Assembly (NCBI GenBank): GCA_951406725.2
Contig: OX597815.1
Span: 171,678,001 to 171,742,000 of the forward strand
DNA length: 64,000 bases
Direction: 5' to 3'
From: Octopus vulgaris
Taxonomy: Eukaryota
This document shows positions 43,217 through 55,626 of the stretch, one piece after another. The position numbers and the translations under genes were made by a program. How positions within the stretch are numbered: position 1 is the first letter of the stretch; the number at the start of each line of letters is the position of its first letter. The notes under the pieces were generated by a model, which was not told the DNA's origin, ran no database searches, and saw only the letters and a list, made by a program, of their open reading frames with translations.

Positions 43217-43673
43217 TGAGCAAAACGCCCCCACCCCCCACCCCCGTCCAATGGACGGTGCTGAGTTGTCAAACATTTAAACCAAATTTTCTCAAAACAA
43301 CTTGTCCGACCATCCTATAGGCCTCCCCTTTGAGAAACACTGATTTAACCTAAAGTGAAAGAAGAAATAAAAATAGACTTTTTTTCTATTCCAAAGAAAA
43401 ACGATTTTATTCACACAAATATGCAACCAAAGAGTTTAAAGTACCAGTAAGTACATCGCAACAGCTGATGTACTTGACCATACAAATGCACGTTCCCACG
43501 GCTTTATCGATTGCATTCTCACCTGGAATCGATTTTTGTAATTTTTTCAAGACTTATACACGCCTTGATACCGTTGGTATCTACATATCAAATTTGAGCG
43601 CAATCGGATGGAAGATGCCCAAGATCCTAGAAGACACATGCACAAACAGACAGAACGGATTTTATATAATAGA
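43217..43673 (-). mobile_element. Non-autonomous Helitron
   Basis: 5' A|TCTATTATATAAAATCCG, subterminal hairpin ccgtccattggacgg, and a CTAG-like end (CTCA). Inverted copy at 59513. Confidence 0.75.
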
Positions 43674-43719
43674 TAATCTATCCACAACAAGTATATATTG
43701 AGTAGTTGAACATATTTAT

Positions 43720-44108
43720 AGGTGCAGGCATGACTGTGGTTAAGATGCTTACTCTGCAACCATGTGGTTTTAGGTTCAGTTCCATGGCGCAGCAACTTTG
43801 GCAAATCTCTTCATCTATGGCCCTGGGCTCAACCAATGTGTGTAAATTTGCTAGAAGGAAACTGTGGAAGCCTGTTGTATATACGTACATGTATGTGTGT
43901 ATGCCTTAGTGTCTGTGTTTGTTCCCCCACCACTTGACAACTAGTGTTGCTTTGTTTATGTCTTTATAACTTAGGAGTATGGCATAGGGATTGATAGAAT
44001 AAATACCACAGTTAAAAATAAACATGGGGGTCAATTTGTTCAACTAAAACCCTTCAAGGTGATGCCCCAGTATGACCACAGTTCAATGACTGAAACAAGT
44101 AAAAGATG
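43720..44108 (+). mobile_element. SINE family A, diverged
   Basis: ggtgcaggcatgactgtggttaag...atgactgaaacaagtaaaagat. Confidence 0.8.
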
Positions 44109-44624
44109 AAAAAATACTTAAGAGGAAGTACTGTATAGAACATAGATACTTAAGGAGAGAAAAAAAGGTACTTTTAGTATAAAGCAGTGTTATTTCACTC
44201 AATAAATAACACTTTACACTTGGGCTAGTGACCCATTCATTCCATCATAATCCCTTAATGTTGCAGCAAATGTAAGGGTTATAGCAGGCATAGCTGAGTG
44301 AAATAAGGTGTTGAAATACTGTAATTTGTTGGTGAATTATCTTTTCCAGCGTGTGGTTTTTGAGATGTTTGGGGTGCTGGACTGTTTGTTGATAAGGAAG
44401 TTTTTGATTGTGCACTGAAATATTTGATAACATTCAATTGGCCCCTGGCTGTTTCAGCACCCAAAATAATGCCATGGATATTTTGAGATGATTCAAAAAT
44501 TTTTAGAAAACAAATACTGGTTGTCTAACCCTAATTTTCAATGAAATAGTGATATTGTATAGTGTAAGTACTTCTTTTTCTTTCAGCTGCCAATAGCTTG
44601 TTCTAAACACAGGTATGGATAGGT

Positions 44625-45120
44625 GAAGGTGTAGCTGTGTGGTAAGAAGCTTGCTTCCCAGCCACATGGTTCTGGGTTCGGTTCCACTGTGTGGCACCTT
44701 GGGCAAGTATTTTCTACTATAGCCTCATATATACATAAACTTGCTTTCCATTCACATCATCCTGGGTTTAGTTCCCCTGTGTGGCATTTGGGCAAGTGTC
44801 TTCTACTATAGCCTCAGGCCAACCAAAGTCTTGTGAGTGGATTTGGTAGACAGAAACTGAAAGAAGTCTGTCACATATATATATGTATATATCTATGTGT
44901 ATGTGTGTGTCTTTCTGTCCAGGTTTGTCCCCCTATTACTGCTTAACAACCAGTGTTGGTGTATTTATGACCCAGTAACTTAGCAGTTTGGCAAAAGAAA
45001 CCAATAGAATATAAATACTAAGCTTAACAAAAAAGAAAAAAAGTACTGGTGTCAATTCATTCAACATAAAATTCTTCAAGGTGATGCCCCAAGATGGCTG
45101 CGGTCTAATGACTAAAAAAA
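44625..45120 (+). mobile_element. SINE family A with duplicated head
   Basis: cttgctt...gtggca...ggcaagt...ctactatagcctca occurs twice, followed by the body. Confidence 0.8.
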
Positions 45121-45183
45121 TGTAAGAAATAAAAGGTAACTAATAGACACCATTAAAATAAACTATGAAAAATTTAAACTTAC

Positions 45184-45387
45184 GTGATTTGTAGAAACTA
45201 TTTAGTTCCTTTTTCACTGAAAAATGGTGCTTGGTTTTGTTAACTGCATGATGTAAATTGTAACTCGGAATCTGATAAACAGGACCATTAACTGTTTTCT
45301 TTCTGCTTTCTTTGAATTTAGCATGAAGAAGCACAAACCATCCAGTCAAACGTTTCATGATATCTTCCAACTGTTCGTGGTCACATT
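45184..45387 (-). CDS. Testican-like gene exon: start of the SPARC-type EC domain
   Basis: gtacag acceptor and C|gtaagt donor. CDHEQLEDIMKRLTGWF matches the EC-domain C-x3-L-x5-RL-x2-WF motif. 204 nt, phase 1/1. Confidence 0.9.
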
Positions 45388-46784
45388 CTGTACAAAGAAC
45401 ATTACAATTAATAGCTGATACACTTTTTACACCTATTTGTTCATTTATTTCATACACAAGTAAAAACAGTGTCAAAATTAATTGATTTGTCTGCAAAATA
45501 TTTGTAGTGAACATTCTGAGTTCAAATTTTGTCATGAACAACACTGACCAATGGCCAGTTCACCCTACTGATTTTAGATTAGGAAGAAATGCTCAGGATG
45601 ATTGTGTATTTCTCAGGCATGTTAATAAGCTTAAAAGAAATGAAATTTCTACAAACAGGAATATAAGCAAAGTAACAGCTTAACTTGCTGGGAGCTTACC
45701 TCAAATTTGTGTCATTGCCAACTCTTATGTATTAAATGTTTCATCATGAAATTTTAGCAATAAAAGTTCAGATACATATCAGTATTTCAGAGATACTTTA
45801 CAAGACTAACTTAATTATTTTTAATTCCATGTATATTGTATTTTCAGTAGAATATTTTCTAATCATCCAACAGCAACATGTTTTCACACACACACACACA
45901 CACACCTATGTACATAATATCATAATTACCCTGAATATTTTAACATCTGTTTTTCTAAGCTTGTTTGAGCTGCACAGATCTGACGTACAACATATGTCTG
46001 CTTTTTCCTCATCTCTTTTGTTGTAGGACCCAACCACCGTAGGTTTGATCTAACTAATTGTTCTCATGTTTTCCTCAATATACATCCTCCACAAAAGCAA
46101 ACAGCACCTAGTACTAATCATCCATTTCCCTTACATGTCCACATCAGCATGAATGTCTTTCCGCATATCTTGGCTCGGTTCTTTTATCATATTACCTAGT
46201 CATTCATTCACCCCACAAATTTAAACTTACACGATCAAATTGCTCATATAAGTTTACATTAAACATTTCACTGACCAACCTCACATCAATGTCCATGGTT
46301 TCACGACCATGATATGCCACATTTCTTATACATGATTCAGGAGGTGCATCTTCTGAGCAAAGAGACCTCCTTGCGTCTATCTTTGTTTAAAACAGGAAAG
46401 ATAAGAACTACATGACTTCTTATTCTTTTTACTTATTCTACCAACTATGGTTTCACTACAACCACCTCCAGGACTGATTAGATTACCCAGAAGCTACAAC
46501 GTGACTCAAAATATATATACTCATGTTTTGAGTTCTTTGTTCTTATGTACCACCAAACCTATGATATACCCACTCTCTTATAAAATATACAAGTGCCTAT
46601 TTTTTCTGACTTGTAGATTCTTAGACAACTAGAGCCCATAATCTTTGCATACCATCCTAAATCAGTGAGATTAATATAATCAATATTCTTCTTAAACTTG
46701 TACCTGTGGCAAAGACATAAACAGGGAAGGAAATCCGGAGGGCTTACATTCCGAGATGGACTGAGCTTAGTGATTAGTGCAGGG

Positions 46785-47066
46785 CAGTGGTTCTGAAATT
46801 GGGTAGTACTCTGCTCCTGGGTGTGGTGGAAAGATCCAGAGTTGCCTTGAAGAAAAGTGAGGTGAAAAAAGAGTGGCCTAAAAGGAGGAAATGGATACAA
46901 AAACAACAAAATAATGGGCCAATTAGATTAAGCTTTATTTGTGAAATACAGTTGTTTTGAGTTTGCAGCAGAAAGTATTCTCTGTTAGTGATGATGAATG
47001 GGGTTTGCTAGGAATGTGGCCAAAGTGCCAAGGGAGCAGTACCCCAAAATAGTTTGGGAGCCACTG
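46785..47066. mobile_element. hAT-like MITE
   Basis: Termini cagtggttctgaaa ... tttgggagccactg. Confidence 0.5.
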
Positions 47067-47561
47067 ATGTAAGGTATAGAGGGACTGGACTCAACAAGGG
47101 TAAACAGTTTGGGACATTTTTCAACTTAAATTTTGATTATATAACTTCTCTTTGTCATGCCATAACCGAACACCTTCAAGACATATCAGTCCCAAACTGA
47201 ACTTCAATTATCAATATATCATACTGTTGATACATCAGATTTGATAAAACTTTCAGAAACAAAAATAAAATAAAACTATACAGGATTATATTTCTTAGAT
47301 ACCTACATTCAGACTCTTGGACAATAGGATATCACTGAATAATGTCTCACTCTCTCTCCCACCCTTTCTCTATCTCTCTCTCCCTTTCTTCTCTCCCATC
47401 TCTCTCTGAGATCACTAAATATCTTTGTAACTCAGTAATCTTTAAGTTCATTTTACATAATTCAGAAACTGCTCTAATTTTCTCAAATTGTTTGCAAAAT
47501 GTTTCCATTTTGGAAAATGGAAAATTATAATATCTTTTTCTCTTCTTAAACCTTCATTTAA

Positions 47562-47767
47562 CCCTTTCAAAACTGCCTCTGGCTCTGTAGTACAAATAAG
47601 TTGTTTTCATAAGTTTTGAATTAAAATCTTCCACCAAACCTTAGTCACAATTTATGTTCCTAACACTAGCCTAATGATAACTAAGTTATTTTACTAAATT
47701 CTTTGTTCTATTTAAAATTAATTGAAAGAAACACAGAGCATCTCAAAATAAATACAGTGATAAAGGG
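47562..47767. mobile_element. piggyBac-type MITE
   Basis: TTAA-CCCTTT...AAAGGG-TTAA. Other piggyBac-like MITEs at about 33625-33851 and 58308-58491. Confidence 0.75.
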
Positions 47768-47969
47768 TTAAGAAGAGAAAAGTTTATGGTAAAAAAATTG
47801 TTCTCACAATAAAGCCAATATCCCTATTGTAACATGCACCATCTCTGGGTTATTTTTTTTTTTTTCAAGAAGCTTTAAATAGTTATACCCTGAAACGGAA
47901 AGAATTCTAATAAAAGAAAACTAAAATTTGGAGCTCATAAATGAATAATAAATTATAAATTATTCTTAC

Positions 47970-48021
47970 CATAATTTTTATGTGGTTTTTTGTGCATTTT
48001 GTTGCCCTTTCTAAGTGACAT
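47970..48021 (-). CDS. Testican-like gene exon: short basic segment
   Basis: ttttgtag acceptor, MSLRKGNKMHKKPHKNY(E), G|gtaag donor. Phase 0/1 bridges the two neighbouring exons exactly. Confidence 0.75.
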
Positions 48022-48407
48022 CTACAAAAGAAGGAAGGAATGAGTGAGATAAATGAGAAAGATAGCCAAAGAATTTCTGAAAAACATGTTTATATATAAC
48101 CAAGCTTATCTCTATCTTCCATTAGACAAAGCAGTTAAGTGATAAATCTTCCTTCTTATAAACCACTTTCACCACAGGAAAATTTGCAGTTATCACTACA
48201 AGGACTTTCTCAGTATAAAGGTAGAGGCATGGCTATGGGGTTAAGAAATTAGCATCCCAAACACATGGTTTTGGGTTCAGTCCTACTGTGTGACACTTTG
48301 GGGCAAGTGTTTTGTAATGTAGCCCCAAGCCAGCCAAAGCCCTGTGGTGAGTGGATTTGTTAGACAGAAACTGAAAGAAGGCCATCATTCATTTATGTAT
48401 GTATGTA

Positions 48408-48452
<45 letters not shown>

Positions 48453-49965
48453 TTGTGTGTGCACTTGCATGTGTGTATGTGTGCATGCATACATATGTAC
48501 ATATATATATATATGTATGTATGTATGAATAGATGGACAGACAGATGTGTGTGTGTATGTATATGCTTGAGTATGTGTATGTGTTTGTCTCTCTTTTTGC
48601 TGTCACATGATAGTTTTAAACAGATGTCACCATCATACAAGTAGAGTCAATCATTTCCAATATTCTGTGAAAATATGTCTGGCCATAGAAAACCTGCATT
48701 AATAAACTCCAACCCATGAAAGTATGGACAAGTGAATGTTAAAACAATGATGAAGATGTTGATGATACAGCAGTATATAGATTATGCAAAGCATGAGTCT
48801 TAAATCTATATAGACTCATCCATTAGAGTTAAAGAAGATTGGCTACTGACACAATGCTGTACATGTAATACATAATATGAACGGCCAACCTTTCAGCAGA
48901 ATGCCTGTTTCCCTATTGAACTGTATTCCCTCTCAGATAAACCCTGTCAAACAGAACAACAAAGTAAGTAATAATGATTAAACAAGTTCTCATAAATCTG
49001 CAGTAGCAGCATGAGCGCTTGTGAACTTTAGCTGTCCACATTGTAGATTTTTACTCTTGACTGCCCATTTTGATTCATTGCGTGATGGTTAGACCCATTT
49101 AGTTTTACTTGGACCACCAACATCTTTAACGTGATGGACTGGCCTGGTTTCTATTTGTCAATTATAAAAGGGGAAGTTCTGACTCGTTAAGTCCCAAGGA
49201 AGGAGAGTTATGTTACAAGTGACCAGGGACTTTGACGTGAAAACAATTTTGATTTCAATTTGCAGTTTAAACAGATTTCAAGCCAGAATCTTTGAAGTTA
49301 AGCTTAGCATTATACCAGCCTTTGAATAGAAGTGACCAGAATTATTGTGACACTGTATTCAGGTTTTTTTTTAAACCTCTATTCTACATTTTGATGAACA
49401 TTTAAATATTTATAATGTTTTAACAATTGAAATGTCTACCAGTTTGCTTTATAAAATTTCTGCAGTTGCAATGAATGTTTCCTTGCATTTATTGTATTTT
49501 GTCTCTGAATTCATTTATTATTATTAAGGTGGTAAGCTGGCAGAATCGTTAGCACACTGGGAGAAATGCTTAGTGGTATTTCATCCGCTGAGGTCGACTT
49601 TGCCTTTCATCCTTTCTGGGTCACTTAAATAAGTACTAGTTACGCACTGGGGTCAATGTAATTGACTTAATCCCTTTCTCCAAATTCGAGGCCTTGTGCT
49701 TCCAGTAGAAAGGATAATTATCCATCTTCAATTCATTTAACAGACCTTACTGCAATTCATACATCCACATACATACTATACTGCTTTAAATATAACAATT
49801 CTTGTAGTCGATAAATTAAGTACCACTTACGTACTGGGGTCGATCTAATCGACTGACCCCCTCCGCAAAACTTTTGGGCATTGTGCCTAGAGTAGGAAAA
49901 AATATATATATATTCACGATCAGTTACAAGTGAGCAGATTTATATCAACTTACAAAATAGCTAAC

Positions 49966-50281
49966 CAAGTTGGTATGGTGACCCCTTGCTGGCAAAATTA
50001 CAGATTTTGAATCATTCTGAGGTTTGTTATTGCTGTATACCTCAGAATCATTTGTCTGATTAAGATCATCCTTCATCATATCAGACTCAAGTTCATCTTG
50101 AGAATTTTCATCATCATATGACATCCCCTCCTCATTGGTATTGAAATAAGGAAACACATGATTGCTAGACAACTCCAGTTTCTTCTCAGTTGGCAAGTTA
50201 TTTCTTCGTGGACTTTCATCAACAGCCAAGCTATTCAACTGAAGGTTATTGGTTGCTTGGAGACGTTTCAAAAAGGTTAAA
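49966..50281 (-). CDS. Testican-like gene exon: acidic linker
   Basis: tttcag acceptor at 50282-83; open frame (S)LTFLKRLQ...EEGMSYDDENSQDELESD...RGHHTNL. Donor gttagc at 49965, with an alternative in-frame gtaagt giving an end at 49954. Phase 2/0. Confidence 0.8.
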
Positions 50282-50976
50282 CTGAAACAAGTTTTAAAGT
50301 AGAATTTTTTTTATTATTATTCCATTCAATAACACTGAGTTTATTGAATATAAAACATTTAACTTCAAATAAATTATATACACATTTTGTAAGCAAATTG
50401 AAAATATACATATATCACAAAAAAAAATATATAAATATATGTTCACCAGCACCGCATGTGAGCATTAGGAGTACATGTGTGTATGTATAAATGTATGCAT
50501 GTATGTACATACACATGTATGTGCAAATGTATGCATGTATGTATATGTGCATGACTTAACTTTTATTTCAGTTATTTGAATGTTTGTGTTTGTGTGTGAG
50601 TACACATACACACATATGCATAATACTTGCTCACATATACATATAGATATACATATGCTTATATTATGGGCTTTCCCATCGTTGGACAATGTATGAGGGT
50701 TCTGAAATTTCTTGCTGATCAACTACACAGACGATTTGTTTATAGTAATCAAATGTTTGTGTACACATAAGCTCACTCCCTCAATCAAATCGTCAGAACA
50801 TGTACAGGTACATGATGTGTCACATGTCAGATGAAAAGATGATTGCAGAGAAATGTGAAATGAAGTGTTTTGCTCAAGAATACAACACAACACCCATTCT
50901 TGGAATCAAAACCTTGATCTCGCAAGGATGACTGCAACACCCAAACCACCATGCCCCTTCACATGCATATATATTA

Positions 50977-51021
<45 letters not shown>

Positions 51022-51994
51022 TGCATATGCATAACACATGCACACATATATATAGATACACGTATGCATATATATATGCATATAAATACATATGTAAGTG
51101 TATGTATTTCTTCCTGGATTCTCATCAACACCTAAGCTATTCAGCAGCAAGTTATTGCTTATATGGCTCTATTGCTGCTTGCCACCTTCGTGACTTGATG
51201 ATATTATAACAACTATATCTACCAATTTACTGGCACCAACCACCTCTTATATCCATACTGGGACAGTGACATTAATGTAACAATAATCTTTGTCATCATC
51301 ATCATCGTTTAATGTCCACTTTCCATGCTAGCATGGGTTGAACGATTTGACTTAGGACTGGTGAACCAGATGGCTGCACCAGATCCCAATCTAATCTTGC
51401 AGAGTTTCTACAGCTGAATGCCCTTCCTAACACCAACCATTCTGAGAGTGTAGTGAGTGCTTTTATGTGCCACCGGCACGAGGGCCAGACAGGCGGTACT
51501 GGCAACAGCCACGCTCAAATGGTGTTTTTTACGTGCCACCTGCACAGGAGCCAGTCCAGTGGCACTGGCAACGACCCCGTTCAAATGATTTTTCATGTGC
51601 CACCGGCACAAGCGCCAGTAAGGCGTCACTGATAATGATCTCGCTCGAATGGTGCTTTTTACATGTCATTATTTAGTGAATGAGTGAGTTTGGTGCAGTT
51701 GATCTCATTTAGGGCTCTTGCTGTGATGTTAGTTCATTTGTGATCTTATTGCAAAGATTATTGACATATTGTATGAACATATTGATATCTACACCAAACA
51801 GATTTTTTAAAATTATGTTCTGCAAGAGTATACTGGAAAGTTGTAGTCTTCTGAATTCTAAACTAATGTTGTAGTTAGTCCTAACCTAGGAACTTTGGGC
51901 AGTGTGTGGTGATTCAATTCAGGGATTTATACAGCTTCTAAGGAAAATGATTAGTACCAGTTCTTATAAGATCTTTCAGCAGTCTAGGTCTGAA

Positions 51995-52320
51995 CTGACA
52001 CTCCATCGGTTATGACAATGAGGGTTCCAGTTGATCTAGTCAACGGAACAGCCTGCTCGTGAAATTAACATGCATGTGGCTAATCACTCCACAGACACAT
52101 GTACCCTTAAAGTAGTTCTCAAGGAGATTCAGCATGACACAGAGTGTGACAAGGCTGGCCCTTTGAAATACAGGAACTACTCATTTTTGCCAGCTGAGAG
52201 GACTGGAGCAATGTGAAATAATATGTCTTACTCAAGGACACAATGCATCACCGGAAATTGAACTCACAACATTGTGATTGTGAGCTGAATATCCTATCCA
52301 CTAAGTTATGTGTCTTCACA
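51995..52320 (-). mobile_element. Another tRNA/CORE-like SINE family
   Basis: Minus strand shows a tagtgg...gagttcaattt head and gtgtccttgagtaagaca core. Related fragments at about 31620-31760, 50700-50960 and 53900-54040. Confidence 0.6.
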
Positions 52321-52363
52321 GGTCTGACCTTCCAGCTAGAGTAATTGCAAAATTATTTTATAG

Positions 52364-52786
52364 AGGCGCAGGAGTGGCTGTGTGGTAAGTAGATTGCTTA
52401 CCAACCACATGGTTCCGGGTTCAGTCCCACGGCGTGGCACCTTGGGCAAGTGTCTTCTACTATAGCCTCAGGCTGAGCAAAGCCTTGTGAATGGATTTGG
52501 TAGACGGAAACTAAAAGAAGCCTGTCGTATATATGTATATGTATATATGTATGTGTGTGTATATGTTTGTGTGTCTGTGTTTGCCCCCCCCCCCCCCCCG
52601 ACATTGCTTGACAACTGATGCTGGTGTGTTTACATCCCCGTAACTTAGCGGTTCAGCAAAAGAGGCCGATAGAATAATTACTAGGCTTACAAACAATAAG
52701 TCCTAGGATCGATTTGCTCGACTAAAGGTGGTGCTCCAGCATGGCCACGGTCAAATGACTGAAACAAGTAAAAGAGTAAAAGAGTA
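52364..52786 (+). mobile_element. SINE family A, full copy
   Basis: ggcgcaggagtggctgtgtggtaag...tgactgaaacaagtaaaagagtaaaagagt. Confidence 0.9.
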
Positions 52787-54773
52787 ATAAACCAATTCAT
52801 CAATCTGAATGGCAGTGACCATTCTCACACGTATACTCCTCTCTGGAATACCAGCAGGAATACTGCATTGTCATACATGTATACAAGGCTGTAAAAAGTG
52901 TGAAGCCAGAAGTCAGGGAATCTTATTGTGCAACCATTCTCTTGTTTCCTTTCTCTCTAATGTCAAAGTGTAGAGCATAGTCTTCAACAGCATGCATGCA
53001 TATGAACATGCAGAGGTACATACACACAAACTTACAGACATGCATATGCATACAATTGAAGATTTTAGCTCCACACTTTGGCATTAGACAGAAAGGAAAC
53101 AAAAGAATGAGAGATTCATTAAGCCTCCTCACTGACTTATTTCTTCACAATCTTGCATTGCAACACTAGCGACAACTGGGCATTTCATGACCTACAATTA
53201 TATAACTACTGTCTAAAAAGGTTAAAAAAACATAACCAGTGCTAAATGAGGCTTTTAAAGTACATCTGGATATAATAATTTCTAGAATTGTGGAAAGCTG
53301 TCTGCAAAAGGTTACAACTGAGATAAATGAGCTTCTACCAACTCATCAACCTGCCAGTTAACAATGTTCAATAAAAAAATAAAACAACCAGCAATGTGGT
53401 AAGAAGATTGCTTCCTAACCATATGATTCTGGGTTCAGTCCCACTGTTTGGCACTTTGAGCAAAAATCTGTCATGCATGCATGTCTGTGTGTGTGTGTGT
53501 GTGTATGCATATAGTTATGTGTTTGTGTCATTATGTTGCTCTCCGCACCCACTTGACAACTGGTGTTGGTTTGTTTACATCTCCATAACTTAGCAATCTG
53601 ACAAAAAGAGACCAATAGAATAAGTACCGGGACTTTAAAAAATTAGTACTGGGGTCAATTTGTTCAACTAAAACCTTCAAGGTGGTGCCCTTGCAAGGCC
53701 ACATCTGAAAGACTGAAACAAGTAAAAGATAACCATCACTCACAAGCAAACATAACCTTCTGGCATAGACCATGCTTTTGTTAATTGTTTTCATGAGCCT
53801 ATGTAGTCATGAGCACAAACAGACACTCGTTTAGCCCTTTCACCTAACAGCCACCAGAACATCAAGGATGTGACAGCTGAAGTGAGAGAGAATCAGAGGG
53901 CTGCACCAAGGCTCATTTCCAGCTGAGTAAACTGGAGCATTATGAAATGAAGCACCTAACTCAATGAGACAATTGCTGTTCAGTGCAGGAAGGAGTAAAA
54001 CCCACAACCTTAAAATCATAGACCCAATACTCTATCCACTAGAGAAAGCATACAGAGAAAAAAAAAACTTTGCTCCCAACATATCCATAAGAATAATATA
54101 TAAAAGCTAGAGAAGTCAGCACTGAATACAGATTATAAATATAGACTTGGTATAATATCTGAAATGAGAGGTCGACTTTGCCTTTCATCCCTTTCAGGGT
54201 AGATAAGTTAAGTACCAGTTGTATACTGTGATCGATCTAATCGACTGCCACCCCCCACCCCCTCCCCAAAAATTTCAGGCCTTGTGCCTAGAGTAGAAAA
54301 GAATATCTGAAAGGAAAAAAATATCACACACATAAACATATATCAAATCAAAATCTTGTCACATTCTATGGATCCATAGGACTCGCATGATCTCAAACCA
54401 GATGAACTTTGTTAGATCAGCAGTTTCATAAGTAGTCTCTCTGTCTGTCTGTTTGTCTGTCTATCTGTCTCTCTCGTTTATTTTTGCAAGGAATTCAATT
54501 CAATACTCAATGAAATAGTTGTATAGTCTTTCCCATTGCGTTTATTAGCTTCTATAGAGTTAAAACCCTTAGGAAGTATATGTACCTTTTTTAAGAGCAA
54601 TGCTCAGCTGGAAAAAGCAAATAAAAAAATACCTACAAAGCTGTGAAATAGAAAAGCTGCTCGTTATTCAGGTAGATTGAGACAGGCAGTATTTAGTCAA
54701 CAGGTCTACTAGTTCACTAAATAGCTTTTGTAAAACTTGATCACATGACCATATGGTAATATTCAAACTGCTT

Positions 54774-54986
54774 AAGGCAGTGAGCTGGCAGAATCATTAA
54801 CACACCAGGTAATATGTTTAGCAGCATTTTGTCTGTCTTCACATTCTGAGTTCAAATTTCCCCGAGATCAACTTCACCTTTTATTCTTTTGGGATTGATA
54901 AAATAAGTACCTGCTAATCACTGGGGTCAATGTAATCAACTCATTCCTTCCCCCAAATTGCTGGCCTTGTGCCAAAATGTGAAATC
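54774..54986 (+). mobile_element. Family B SINE with 16-bp TSD
   Basis: TSD aatattcaaactgctt at 54758-54773 and 54987-55002. Confidence 0.85.
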
Positions 54987-55072
54987 AATATTCAAACTGC
55001 TTCATTTTCCTCCCAACTGTACTTCCCTTGAAGATTGAAAATCATAAAAATTCTCCTTCTTTTCTTACCTAC

Positions 55073-55160
55073 CTGTCTTTAGACTGTGGTTTCTCAATAC
55101 AATGATTTCCTTGTGCATTCTCAAAACAGATATGAAATTTTTGACAGCCATTAGGACAAT
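55073..55160 (-). CDS. Testican/SPOCK-like gene, first visible coding exon (N-terminal Cys-rich FOLN-like motif)
   Basis: Polypyrimidine tract plus tgtag acceptor, and AG|gtagg donor. Encodes (D)CPNGCQKFHICFENAQGNHCIEKPQSKD(S), with C-x3-C-x5-C-x8-C spacing like the testican N-terminal motif. Phase 1/2 fits the next exon. Confidence 0.8.
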
Positions 55161-55394
55161 CTACAGGGAAAAAGAAAATATTAATTTTCACAAAAGAAAA
55201 ACATTACAAAACTGATTTACAATACATACACACATACACACACACCTCATAGTTTCAGGTTCAGACCTATTCTGGGACACTTTAGGGAAGTGGTATTTTT
55301 TGCAGCCCTAAGCCAATCAAAGCTTTGTAAGTGGAATTCGTAGAAGGAAGGTGAAAGAAGCTTGACCACATGACCATATGGTAATATTCAAACT

Positions 55395-55626
55395 AGGCAG
55401 CGAGCTGGCAGAAACGTTAGCACGCCAGGCAAAATGCTTTGCGATATTTCGTCAGCCGTTACGTTCTGAGTTCAAATTCCACCGAGGTCGACTTTGCCTT
55501 TCATCCTTTCGGGGTTGATATATTAAGTACCAGTTACACACTTGGGTCGACGTACTTGACTTAATCCATTTGTCTGTCCTTGTTTGTCCCCTCTGTGTTT
55601 AGCCCCTTGTGGGTAGTAAAGAAATA
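55395..55626 (+). mobile_element. Family B SINE with 15-bp TSD
   Basis: TSD ggtaatattcaaact at 55380-55394 and 55627-55641. Confidence 0.85.
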
